In this document: one piece after another, positions 40,201-52,118 of the stretch
How the letters are laid out: the number at the start of each line of letters is the position of its first letter
Numbering within the stretch: the stretch's first letter is position 1
Assembly (NCBI GenBank): GCA_965153455.1
Contig: OZ234493.1
Coordinates: forward strand, 31,052,213-31,116,212
Direction: 5' to 3'
Origin: Sphagnum compactum
Lineage: Eukaryota
Length of the DNA stretch: 64,000 nucleotides
Notes under the pieces: model-generated
Databases searched by the model: none
The model's input: only the letters and a program-made list of their open reading frames with translations
What the model was told of the DNA's origin: nothing
Position numbers and translations under genes: made by a program

Positions 40201-41126
40201 AAAACACTATGAAAACAACACCCAACGACAAGCTTGTAGCTCATCATCCCCTTGGAAGCAGCATGTAGCCAAAACAAAAACAAAAAAAAGACAAAAGGAG
40301 GCTTACCTTCAAGATCTTGCTCCTCCCAGTTTTTAAGTCCTAAAGGTCCTCTTTAAGTCCTGAAGGTCCTCCTCTCTTCATGTAGCTCACACTCCTCGAG
40401 CTTTGCAAACTCAAACCCTAATCCAAGCTAAACCCAAAAACTAAAACTAGTTTCTAATCCCAAAAACTAGGTAGGTTCTGTAGCAACTTGGTCTTGTAGG
40501 TAGGTGGGGGTGGGGGGGGTAGGTAAGAGTGAAAAAAAAAAACTTGGGGTCAAGTGTGGCAAGGAGAAAATAAATGACCAGGAAGGGCTAGAAGAAAAAA
40601 TAGTCAGGTGGGGAAAAATAATAAGAACCCAAAAAAAAAGGCAAAGGAGAAAAAGAAGAAAAAGAAAAAAAGTACTGACCAAAGAAACTGACCCCCGGGG
40701 GGACAGTTTCATCCCATCCATGAAATCCAAGAACAGGATTTTTTGGAAAGTGCACTGGTGGGTGCTGGGTGGGTCACGCAAGCCACTTTTTCCAAACAAG
40801 TTGAACTGCAGTTTCTGCGTGCTGACATGAAGCTAACTAAGTACTGACTTGAGGATAGCTTTTTCCAAACAATTTCAACGATACTTTTATGGATACTATT
40901 GGTAATTTTCTATTCAGAAATGCACGGGTCCAATATGAGAAAAATTCAATGCAGCAGATCAGGGAATAGGGATTGTTGGTCGGTCTGATTTCATAGATCA
41001 TGACTTTTTCATTGCCAGCATGCAAAGAAAAAAAGGGAAGCCTGAGGTGTCCTAAGTGAGTAAGTAACTCACTCATTCTTTTTTTCACTGTCAGTGTGCA
41101 AACAGCTAATTTTATGGACTATAATA

Positions 41127-41548
41127 GAGCTATTGGTAAAGTCACCCTGTCTTCACCCTGTCTTTGGGCCTGTCTTCACCCTGTCTTTGGGCCTGCTTTC
41201 ACCCCTTAACCCCTCTTTTAGTGGTATCCGCAAAGTAGGGAAATATTATTAAATCTCAGGATGAAATGCCGAAACTCAGTACGAGCATCTCAGCATTTAA
41301 TGCACAAGGTTCCAGAGGAATTATAGTAGCTGTACAGGTAGGAGCAGTGAAAATCTATGTAGCAACAGTGGAGGCGCTCAGGGAAACAAGAAAGACAAGG
41401 TGAAACTCCGGAAACCATAATAATTTCCTGAGTTTCAACCCCCCTTGAATGCTAATGTACTTTTTTGCAGGTTTTTTTTTAGTCTCACCCCGTGTATGAC
41501 CAAACTCAGGGTACTGGTGCTGTCTTTTCCTGACTTTACGGATATCTC
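41127..41548 (+). mobile_element. MITE family A, copy 2 (variant 3' interior)
   Basis: ta|gagctattggtaaagtca ... tgactttacggatatctc|ta. The 5' part matches copy 1 and carries a 21-bp internal duplication. The 3' interior differs. Confidence 0.85.
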
Positions 41549-42281
41549 TAATGAGTTGTGGACTTCAACCTTCTCACTGGGTTCCCAAATTCCAACAGTT
41601 CACTGAGCTTATGAGATGAGATCCTGTTGTTGGCCCCATCATAGATTGTGTGTGCCTTTTGCAGATCTTGGGGTGGAATAAGCAAATTTCCTTGGTACCC
41701 TTCTTAACAAAAGAAAAACTGGGCAGTGCAATTCGTCTAGGCAATCGCAGTAGCAATCCCAACCTTGCTAAGACTATTAATTAAGTCTAAACAGTTTTTT
41801 ATTAAAAAAAAAGGGGAAATAATCAAGCTTGACATTTAGCTCAAACGCGATGTTATGTAGTAAGTCAACTAGTCCCTGACTTTGAAAACAACATCAATAT
41901 CATGTGACCAAGTAAGCAAAAAGAATTTATAAAAACAAAACAGCAGTTCTTGTCCACCACCATAATAATATACAGAATATGTTAGGTATATACCAGTGTT
42001 GTCTTGGTTCTTGTCTTTGAAAGTTCCTTTTGAAATGAAGAACCAGACAACACTGGTATGGACTATATGCAACACTGGAAAATAGTCAACAGCAGTAGTT
42101 GCAGATGTGTGTGCAAGCACAATTTACACACCAGTTTTTCCACCATTGGCACCACAAAGACTTCAGTACTGGTACCCACTTGGGGCCACTTCGGGGAAAA
42201 GGAACCCATACATACATAATATAACCTTTTGGGAGAAAGGAAGTGAGTAAAATCGTTCTTTTAATATTAGCCATATGTTAA

Positions 42282-42670
42282 GAATTATCTGTCAAGTCAC
42301 CCTATCTTCACCATCTCTTTGGACTGCTTTCATCATCTATCCCCTCTTTCAGTGTTATCTGCAAAGTAAGGAAAGTTTTTGAATCTCAGTGAAATGCTGA
42401 AACTCAGCATTTAATGCACAACGTTCGATAGTATGTATAGTAATTATACAGGTGGGAGCAGTGAAAAGATATGTAGTGGCAGTGGAGGCGCTCAGGAAAA
42501 AGGAAAGACATGATGAAACTTAGTTTACCATCACAATTGGTGGAAAAACTAGTTTGAGTCTCAGTTATTTTGTTTTGTAAAATTTTCATTCCCAGTTACG
42601 TGTTTGATACCCTGTTATGTTGAAACTGGCTGTTCTTGCCCCCCTAATCGCATGACTTTCCAGATGACTC
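42282..42670 (+). mobile_element. MITE family A, copy 3
   Basis: gaattatctgtcaagtca ... tgactttccagatgactc, collinear with copy 1 over its whole length. Confidence 0.85.
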
Positions 42671-43231
42671 TCTTATAAGAACTAATTTTGCTCACTAACT
42701 TTTGCTTTCATTTGCAGCTGGAGTAACTAGAAAGTCAACTGAGGTATTGCCTCCCCTTCCAGAGCTTTGTGTGACTTCTCCTTTGAAGGGAAGACCATGC
42801 GCCGTGCAGTGACCGCAATTGCACTTTCAAGATCTAGTGCTCCAGTAATGTCTACATGTTTTCAGAGCTGGTGCGAATAAAAGCCTCTTTCTGACATCAT
42901 AGGAATGTGTCATCCCGAGCATTTGGGTGGCAAATTTTCATTACTTTGTAGATTTTTTGGAGCAGCTAGGAAAATTGTGTTTTAAAAGTGCTAGTAAAAT
43001 GTGTGTTTTCAACAATTTTTTTTTGATATTTTTGTGTAATCAAATTATTGAAACAAACAAACAAAAAAATTGCTTACTATGATGCACGGGTAGCCTACTT
43101 ACTATATTTTTTCAATTTGCAATTTACAATAAGCAAAGGTTTAGGTGGTTACTTTATTCTTACCTGATGGTACCTTGATTGTGAAGAGGATTTCATTAGC
43201 CTACTTATTATAAGTTGTCAATTTGCAATTA

Positions 43232-44138
43232 CATGTAGTAAAGGACGTCGGGATGAAATGAAGCTTTCCATCCATCCATCTGTCATCCATCCAAACAGAA
43301 CAAATATATATTCTAAAAAGGGAAAAAACTAGAAAAAAAATAAAAACAGAAAAGCACTTTAACAATTAGAAACTTTTTGTAAACACTTAAACATGAAACA
43401 AAAACGGGAAATACAGTAAAATAATCTTAAAAAAAAAATAAAATATAGATGACAAAAAATAAGAAACAAAACAGAGAGCAAAAGAAAGAAAAAAAAACAT
43501 ACTTGAAAAAAAAATGAGGTTTGTCTTCTTTTTCCAAACTTCAAACCTGCATCTAATCAAACAAAAATAAAAAAGTTTTTTTTAATTATTTTTATTATAA
43601 AACATATTAGAAAAACTGGAATTTTTTCGAAAAAGAAAATAAATAAATAAATAAACGCATAAAAATAGAAAAAAAATGAAGATAGACAAAATAAGAATAG
43701 AAAAAATTAAAACATGAAACAAACATAAACAAAAAAAAGTAAAAACACAAAAACTATAAAAAAGGAATGGAAACAAATGAAACAAGGAAAGGGAAATACA
43801 GTAAAATCATTTTAAAAGAAAAAATTTCAAAAAAGAAGAAACTAAATAAAGAGTAGAAAATAAGAAAAAATAAAACTTATAATAACGAAAAAAAACCCTA
43901 CTTGAAAAAGAATGAGGTGTGTCTTCTTTCTCCAAACTTCAAACTTGCATCCAAATAAACAAAAATACAAGAGTGAACAAAAAAACACTCTATTTTTATT
44001 ATATAAAATAATAATAAAAACAGAAAGCACACAAAAATCAAAAATAAAAAAAGAATTTTTTTTAAAAAATAAAATAAAACATGAACCAAACATTGTTGAA
44101 ATAACACACCTGTGCATTAGGCACGGGGTTCAAACTAG
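43232..44138 (+). mobile_element. Non-autonomous Helitron-like element with an A-rich interior
   Basis: The 3' end has the hairpin cctgtgc-attag-gcacggg (44109-44127), then CTAG (44135-44138) and T, which is the canonical Helitron 3' signature. The 5' boundary is approximate. Internal duplication at about 43500-43570 and 43900-43970. Confidence 0.7.
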
Positions 44139-45718
44139 TTTATAATAAGGAAAGGTGTAGGTAGCTACTTTCTTCTGACACGTTGATCCCTGAATTGTGA
44201 AGAGGATTACATTGGGCCAACACCAATTCATTAGAAAGCATAATACATCACACCCGGTCCCAGTGAGGAGGTAATACCTACGATGTAAGGAAGAGGCTTT
44301 TCAATCAATACTCTAGGGTGTAATAAAATGAAGATAATATTATTACGTAGCTTGAGATAATAATACACCTTTATGCTTCTTCTTTTTTCCAGACCAATTT
44401 TGTCGGTGTTTTTTAACCAAAATTTTGGAAATTTTTTGGAATTTTTGGGTTAGTTTTATTTTTGACGAATTTTGCTATTTAAAAATCACCAAGTTTTCGA
44501 TATTAAGGTTATGAAAGAAAACCCCTTGCTAGCTGCTTATAGCATTTGTAATTTTTGGGATTTTTTATCACCAGATTTCAGGGTGGTGGAAATCATTAGG
44601 AATTGTTAGATTTTGATATAGTTCCAGTAGCTAGCCAACTTCACAAAAGGATGAATTTTTTTTTGATAAAGGTTTTTTTTTTTTTTTTTTTTTTTCTCTT
44701 GTTTATAGCCAAAGTTGGCTGAAGTCTTCTTGTGGATAATCATATCACTTTGAGTACATCAGAAAATCGAAAATAATAAATTAATAAAAGGCACTCTAAA
44801 TAAATACAGGGTTTTTCTTAATGAAAGATTGTGAAAAAAGAAAATTAGCCAATTTTTGAACCAAAAAACAAAGAAAGTTCTGTCAAATTTAAACTAGAGT
44901 AAACAAGCACTTTTAATTTCCCCAATTTTTTGACACAAAAAAAACAACATTTAATAATCAGGGAAAAAAGTTTCACTCCAGCCTCTAACAAAGAAAAAGA
45001 AACCCTTTCTCTTTTTCAAAAAAACCATTGTACCATATAACTATAAGCCTTGAAAGAAGAGGCTGCAAACTTTGTTAGGTTCCAAGTATGGTAGCCAACT
45101 TTAGAAAAGGGAACTTAATTAATTTACTACATACTTTCTTTCTTTTTTCTGGTGTATAGCCAAATTCGGCTAAACCTTGTAGGAAGAGGCCCTAGGTAAG
45201 AAGAAGAGGCAATGGATTAGTACCAGTGTTTTTCTTTTTCTTTTTTTTTGGTGTCAAATTTTTTTGCAAAATAAAAATAAAATTAGAAAATTTAGTCGAA
45301 TTCACACTAGGAAAAAAATTAATTCCCGATTTCTTTGTCGAAAAATGGCGAAATTTCGCCAGGGAGAAAAAAAAAAAAAAAAAAAAAAACTACTGTTCAG
45401 AATTACACTAGGTAATAAGCAGGCTTCTAGAGGCTAAGACCTATAAAGGGTAAATAAATTCTCCACTATTCATAAATAGTAAATTACCCCCACTTGAATA
45501 ATAATAATACTATATTCGGCCCGGTCCGACGCAAGTCGCCGAACTGAGCCGGGCCCAATCCGCGCCGGCTGGACTCAGCCCGGCTTGAACCGGGTCGACT
45601 CTGTCCGGTCCGACTCGGACTGACCCGGTGCGAGGTAGGGAGTCGCGAGACACAACGCGCAGGCAGAAAACTGCGTGTTCTCTGTACTCCGCGAGCATCG
45701 AGGATGGCATCAGCGATC

Positions 45719-45725
45719 TATAAAT
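45719..45725 (+). promoter_or_regulatory. Candidate TATA box of the peroxidase gene
   Basis: cTATAAAT lies about 320 bp upstream of ATG 46040, at the end of a GC/CpG-rich island. Confidence 0.5.
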
Positions 45726-46039
45726 GGCGCATCACGCGTGCGGCAGTGGTCATCAACACTTGCAATGCGTGCAGCGCTCGAGAAACAATTGCGATCTGGA
45801 TGCTACTGACACAAGACTTGCTGTGCAGTGTGAAAGAACCGCAGCTGATCATGAGCATTCCCTTGAACTCAGTCAGCGCCCTTGTGTAAACTGCACTAGT
45901 ACTACTGTGTGCAGCAGAAAGCAGCTCACAAACCAGCTGCTGATCGATCGAGTACTTCGGGTACCTGTTGTTGCTGCAGTGCCCTGTGGAAAGCTTAAGT
46001 CGCACTAGGTAATCTTTAAGTGAGTTGTAGAACAAGACA

Positions 46040-46603
46040 ATGAAGTCGCAGCCTAGTGTGGATATAGCCCATAACCGACCTGTTGTAGCTTACCAGCTGC
46101 AGCTCATGCTTAATGGGTTTCTGTTTTCTGGAGTTTTTATTCTTCTTCTGCTAGTGTCGACCCAGCTGCAAATGACGGAAGCTCATCACTTTAGAGTTAT
46201 TCCGAGAACGCGGAGGAGTTTGCTTGAAAATAGTGGTGGCACGCATAGTAGTGTTCCCAACTATATTGCGCCTCCTTTGAAGTTTGATTTTTACAAGAAG
46301 ACGTGTCCTCAGTTGCCAGAGATTGTGGAGAAAGTGGTGGCAGCAGAATTCGCTTTCGATCCGACCAGTTCGGGGCCTCAGTTGCGTTTGTTTTTCCACG
46401 ACTGCTTCGTGCAAGGCTGTGATGCGTCGGTACTTATAAATTCCACCAACTTGAACCAGGCGGAGAAAGACGCGGCCATCAACTTCAGTATTGGGAACTT
46501 TTTCGTGATCGACGAGATCAAAGAGCAGCTGGAGAAAGAGTGCCCGGGTGTAGTCTCTTGCGCAGATGTGCTCGCATTAGTTGCCGTCTACTCCATCAAA
46601 GTG
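46040..46603 (+). CDS. Class III secretory peroxidase, exon 1 of 3
   Basis: Hydrophobic signal segment, FYKKTCP, LRLFFHDCFVQGCDAS (distal Arg/His) and ECPGVVSCAD. Donor GTG|GTACGT at 46603/46604, phase 0. The start could also be ATG 46106. Confidence 0.93.
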
Positions 46604-46776
46604 GTACGTGGTATAAGTACTAGTCGATTGCTCACAAAATATGTAACTCCAGAATTTGTTCGTCTTTTGATAAACTTTGTGCATGATGGTCACTAGTACT
46701 AGTCTGCAGCATTTCCGGCCCGGATTAACTGCTGTTGACATGATCTGTGATCTGTTTCGATCCGTGTTTGCAACAG

Positions 46777-46942
46777 GCGGGAGGACCACTCTACGACATC
46801 GAACTCGGACGCAGGGACGGCCTTACTTCCTATGCCCCAAGCTCCGAAACTTTTCTGCCTGCTTTCAATCTCAATGTTTCCGGCTTGTTGGAAGACTTCA
46901 AACTCGTGGGTCTGGATCTCGTGGATTTGATCGTTCTTTCAG
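46777..46942 (+). CDS. Class III peroxidase, exon 2 of 3 (166 bp)
   Basis: CAG|GCG GGA GGA CCA gives AGGPLYDIELGRRDG...DLIVLSG. Donor G|GTGGGT at 46942/46943, phase 1. 166 bp is the usual size of this exon in the family. Confidence 0.95.
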
Positions 46943-46964
46943 GTGGGTCATATTGCACTTCTTC

Positions 46965-47003
<39 letters not shown>

Positions 47004-47092
47004 AACTAGCTAGCTGCATCCTATGAAGCTGCTGGTATATATCTAGTATCTACAACAGCAGGAGCTGCAGCACTGGCCGTTTACGAGTCTAA

Positions 47093-47424
47093 GAGCATCT
47101 CCAGCGGTGCTCAGTATGTGACCTTGGGAAAACAATTTTCTCTCATCCAACTTTAGTTATTTACTTTTGGTTTCTATCCCCACCCATAAAACTAATTGGG
47201 ATTGCAAATAGGTGGGAGACTACTAATAGTGCGCAAGCAATCCACCTCGAACTATCTAGTCAATCACCAGCGCCTGTTAGGCTTTGCTCACATGAGTCAA
47301 GCTTACCAACCTCAGCAAATTGTGCAAAAATTAATGCTGAGCCAAATTGACATGTTTTGACTTTTCTTCATCCCATTTTAATTTTTGTAGGGTCCTATAC
47401 TGAGCAAGTCTGCTGGAGTTGCTC
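47093..47424 (+). mobile_element. Complete Tourist-like (PIF/Harbinger) MITE in peroxidase intron 2
   Basis: TIR gagcatctccagc and gctggagttgctc (12/13). TAA TSD at 47090-47092 and 47425-47427. Confidence 0.92.
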
Positions 47425-48251
47425 TAAAGTTGGATCATGCATAGATGAATCAATAGTATATGCAATTTCTAGAAATTCATGAGCCAGCTCCCCAGCTGAG
47501 AATTTGGCTAACATGATTAGCTTCAGTACTAGAAGTTATGTATAGGGGAGGAAATCCCTTTGAGGGTCTTCATGGATTATAAGCCTTGGCCAGGCCCCAA
47601 AATCCAGGATTGCTTCCCCAACATGATGAACTTTTCAAATTTATGAAATCTTACTAAATGGAAGCTACCTGTTTTAAGATTTGTGAAATTTGAAACATTT
47701 GTCTTGCATGAGGCACTTCAAATTACACAAGCAAAATTTAAGGGACCATTATGTGCAGGGTAAAGCACAAGGGTGAGGGCATTACCAAAATGAAGGCCCA
47801 CATGAGGGGACAGGTAGCCGAGGGGTGACCTGATTTCAATAACGGCCTTTCCCCAAGAGTTGTACCCAATGTAAAACTGGGCCACAGAAACTTTCCAGAA
47901 TGGAAAAAGCCCGTTGCAAAATGAAATTTTCTTCTCAGGACGGAGGAAAATTTTTGCTTACAACTGACCTTCCAAATAACATTAGCAAATTTTTTTGAAG
48001 TCTTAACGGATAGGTGAAGGATCTATCAACTGACCTTTCTCTTCAGATAGGCAGCTACAATGATAAAGACAGTGAGAAGGGACAGGCTGATGGATAACTT
48101 TCACTCAATGAAAGTTACTCTGACAAGTTGGAGAGTACCTTCGAAATTGTCTTAATTGTTATTGCTGTGACATCGCTGACATAAGATTTCTTCAGCCCAG
48201 CTAGGGACCAACATACATTTTCTGAACTGCTGTGCTGCTGTGTTTAAGCAG

Positions 48252-48727
48252 GTGCACACACAATCGGACAGGCTCACTGCAACAGCATCATCAATCGAAT
48301 CTATCCACATGTGGATCCTCAGTACCCCAAGTATTACAGCAAGCAGTTGGTGGCCAACTGCACAGACAACGGGAGCTTCCATCTACCCAACTACGACAAC
48401 AACACGCAGTTCTTCAACGACCCAGTGACGCCGCTCAAATTCGACAACCAGTACTTCATCAACCTGAAGAACAACTTGGGTCTCTTCACTTCGGACGAGT
48501 CTCTCTTCAATGACCCTCGCACCGTTAAACTGGTGGACTACTATGCAAGCCACCAGAAGGCTTTCTTTGAGCAATTCGGTATCTCTTTGCGAAAGATGGG
48601 CAAGATCAGTGTCCTCACTGGTTCTCAAGGTCAGATCCGCAAACAGTGTTGGGTGCGAAACTCTGACAATGCTGACCCTGCTCTTGACCCCATCTCCCTC
48701 AACTTCACGGACAGCACCGCCAGTTGA
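48252..48727 (+). CDS. Class III peroxidase, exon 3 of 3 (about 401 aa in total from ATG 46040)
   Basis: CAG|GT GCA CAC ACA ATC GGA gives GAHTIGQAHC (proximal His). Also DPVTPLKFDNQYF, GLFTSDESL and KMG...GQIRKQC. All 8 conserved Cys are present across the exons. TGA at 48725-48727. Confidence 0.95.
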
Positions 48728-49509
48728 GAAGAAGATCGATTCTATGATCTCAATCCGTTTTATCTACAAGCAAATTATTCAAACAATAACACAATCAACC
48801 AAGCAGCTGTATTCTTGTACAAAGTACTAAAATTATGGAATCTCCGAATGTGCCCCCATGTTTTGTTGCAGTAGCTAAGCTCATTGTGGCTATGTTACTG
48901 AAGAAATCGCTACTGTTAATATAGGACACCACATGTCAACAATAGGGGGATCTATTGTGAAATCCACATAGATTTTTGTCTGTCTTAGGTACAGGAATGT
49001 GGATTCAGCTGTAAGATTTAGTTGAAATCTAATTCAGATTTTGGTGCCTCAGGGAGAATTGATTATTAGGGACGTTGAACACTTGGAAACTAGAAACCGA
49101 AATTACTTCAAAGAAACAAGGTTCATGCAACAATTTAGAAGTACTTACCTTTTGTTTGAAAAAATGTTACCATTTTTCTAGGGCAGGGCATTATTAGTTA
49201 GCTCTTGTTGTTATACTGTGCCGGCCCTTTGTTTGGTTTGGGTTTCAAGTAAAATGAGATCTTGACACTAATATGATTTTGTCAAAGGGAGTTTGAGAAA
49301 TGTGTGAGTGTCCCTTGCTTGACTCTCTGTGTCTGGTAGCTGCAACCACTGGCCCCCATTATTATGGGTACATGATCTCATTGGAACTGGTAGAATTGAA
49401 ATCTACCCAGATGTGCTGTTGAATGATCCTCTTGGAGTCTGATAGTGGAGATCTTGCATTGTCTTTGAATCTCCAGCTTGCCATTCATGCAATTGTAGTG
49501 GCAACAATA

Positions 49510-50098
49510 AAGTTATCCATAAAGTCAGGCGATTAGGGGGCGAGAATGGCCAGTTTTGGCATAATAGGGAATCAAATGTGTAACTAGGAATGAAATTTTA
49601 CAAAATGAAATAACTGGGACCCAAACTAGTTTTTCACCAATTTTGGTGGTAAACTGAGGGCAACTTTAGTGAGGGCCCAAGACCAAAAAGTGGCAAATTG
49701 AGGCTAAACCTACATGGCACATGTTTTGGAGGGAAAATCAATTGGTTCGGGCCCAAAAAACAGTGCTAAAAGGAGAGCTCCTGATTTGGAGAGTCAAGAA
49801 TCAGGCTAGGGACCAAAGGTCCAACTCAAGGATTCAATTTGCTTCAAATCACTCCAAATTGGTTCCTAGGAAATTGGACCCTGGACCCTCGTCTAAAGTG
49901 GGCCTGAGTTTCAACCCCTCTTTCCTTTTTCCTGAGCGCCTCCACTGCTGCTACATATATTTTCACTGCTCCTACCTGTACAACTACTACAATTACTCTC
50001 AAACCTTGCGCTGAGATTTAATAAAATTTCCTTAGTTTGTGGATACCCCTGAAAGAGGGGATAATGGGTGAAAGAGAGGGTGACTTTAGGGATAACTT
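49510..50098 (-). mobile_element. MITE family A, copy 4 (inverted), interrupted by a second MITE
   Basis: ta|aagttatccataaagtcagg ... tgactttagggataactt|ta, the reverse complement of copy 1. Confidence 0.88.
49658..49904. mobile_element. Tourist-like MITE (247 bp) nested in MITE A copy 4
   Basis: TIRs gggcaactttagtgagggccc and ggaccctcgtctaaagtgggcc. TGA is duplicated at 49655-49657 and 49905-49907. The empty site aaacTGAgtttca is present in copies 1 and 3. Confidence 0.9.
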
Positions 50099-51687
50099 TA
50101 ACATTCGGCTTGTTCTAGATGCTATTTGTGACCATATATAGAACTTTAGTCCCCTCCATACCTCTTGATTTGCAAATTCCCAACCTTTGATTCTATGGGC
50201 CTCTCTTGTGGGTGTGTTGTTGTTGTTGGCCTATGGGCTCTAGAAATTTTCTTCATCACCAACTTCTCCTTTTTAGGGCACCATCCCTGCTACAAAAAAG
50301 AACGTATCCATCAGTACCAATCTGAGCAGCTCCAGATCTCTGATAAAGATCACAACTGGGTCCTAATATTTTATGTCCAACACAATAGATTTTGAAATTT
50401 TCATTTTGAAAAACAAAATATTTAAGAATTGGATCTCTCCTCCAAATTCATAATGGACAATTTGAAAGAGATCATGCCATGAACCTAGTTTCAAAAGGAC
50501 CAAGTGGTGTGCCACATTGTGTCTCCGCCCTAATCAATGGGTCGAATTGATTATGAAATAGAGTGAAATTGCAGATGATATAACTCATGAACTCCGAGAA
50601 GAATAAACAAAGCAGCTCATCACATAATTTCTCTTTTCCTGGCCTTTATGGCAAGTTGAAACAAACTTCCATGAGAAGTGCCAATTGGAACCATGTAACA
50701 TGGGTAGGTAAGTTGAACTGAAAAACCACTAAAAACTATTTTAAAACCCTAAAGAGCACAAACAAGGTAATGGCTATCACTCACACATTGATCCAAGTTC
50801 AATCAGTCTAGCAGGTATGGACAATTGTGGGATAGGAGAGAATAGCAATAAAAGAATGCACCCAAGCATCACAGGCCTCTCTCTTAGTAGTTACTGGCTT
50901 TGAAATCTTGTGGTCATGAACATGATGGTATTAGAGATGATGGGTCAATAGTGGACAACAAGTGATCTATCATTGCTTCTTGATTGTCCATTTGGTAACC
51001 CATGTTACTTGAGCAACTTCAGTATGTGTAGTATATATATAGTTTGTGTGCTTTTATTTCACAAGTTTAATATACTTTTCACACTTATTATTACTAGGGC
51101 TACTACTAGTGCACAAACTTCTTCTTGCTTGTGTTAAAGCCATTAGGCTAGACCATGCTGGATGCAAGGACACATCCATGAAATGTCACCTAGGTATCCA
51201 GTATTTAATGAGACCTAACTAAATGTGTTGGAAGGAGGTCCACATGTCATAACAGGTCTGGTATACATGATGCCCTAGTGGGCACTAAGTTAGGTCACAT
51301 AATCCTTGGCAGTATGTCATATATAGACATGAGGAGAACCCTACCCAAGGTAGCCTCCTATCTTTTAAGGACCAAGACTTGGTGACTTCACAGCTAATAA
51401 GGCGCCCTTCTGATGAGTGAAAAGCTTCATAGAGAGACCCACTCCCTTTATATGACCATATTAAATAAGATTGGCTATTCAGCATGTGGCCTTTCATGGA
51501 AACACACCTTAACCAACATGCTCCTAGTAAATTAATCTCCAAAAATCATGTGAATATTCCAGGTTGTGACAATTGTTCTCATTCCCAAGCCCAATTACTT
51601 GACCCTTGATGAATGAGCATAATGGTACATTTGATTACACAAGGTAAGGTATACCCGCATCCTTTCACTAGGTCTTACCTCATAGTT

Positions 51688-52118
51688 TCTATCTCTGAAG
51701 GAAGGTTGTTTGTTTGTTTGTCACTCGTGTTTATGTCTCCCAAACCATGGCACCTCTTGTTGTGTTCTTCATTGTGTTGAAAAACCCTCGATGAATAGGG
51801 GTGCATCAAGTTGGTTTCATAAATGTTTCCACTTATGGTTGAGAAATTATTGAATATAGAACAATGTTTTTATTGAAATTTAATTTTAATCAATATTGAA
51901 AATTGTAGGGGAACTTGGGCACGCTCTTGGTACTGTTGGAAGGCCCCTCAGTGAATAGGATTTAATGTTCAAGTGATTTGGAAAATTTTAGACTTAAGGT
52001 GCAATTTTGAGTAGTTTTTGTCATTCAATATTCAATTAAATTGCAAAAAGTGGTTTTGAAAGGAAAGGTTAATTGGGTAACCAGTTCACATATGGGCCAA
52101 GGGCACACACTACCCTAG
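51688..52118 (+). mobile_element. Short non-autonomous Helitron-like repeat
   Basis: Starts TCtatctctgaaggaaggttgtttgtttg and ends ggccaagggcacacactaccCTAG-T. A related 5' fragment lies at about 58832. The terminal hairpin is degenerate. Confidence 0.5.

Noticed and set aside
45224..45395. hAT-type MITE upstream of the peroxidase
   Set aside because: The cagtg...actg ends are present but the flanks match only 4/8. It is probably a repeat, but the boundaries are unsupported.
45724..46008. 94-aa ORF upstream of the peroxidase
   Set aside because: Its ATG overlaps the candidate TATA box, so it would not be in the transcript, and it has no recognisable domain.
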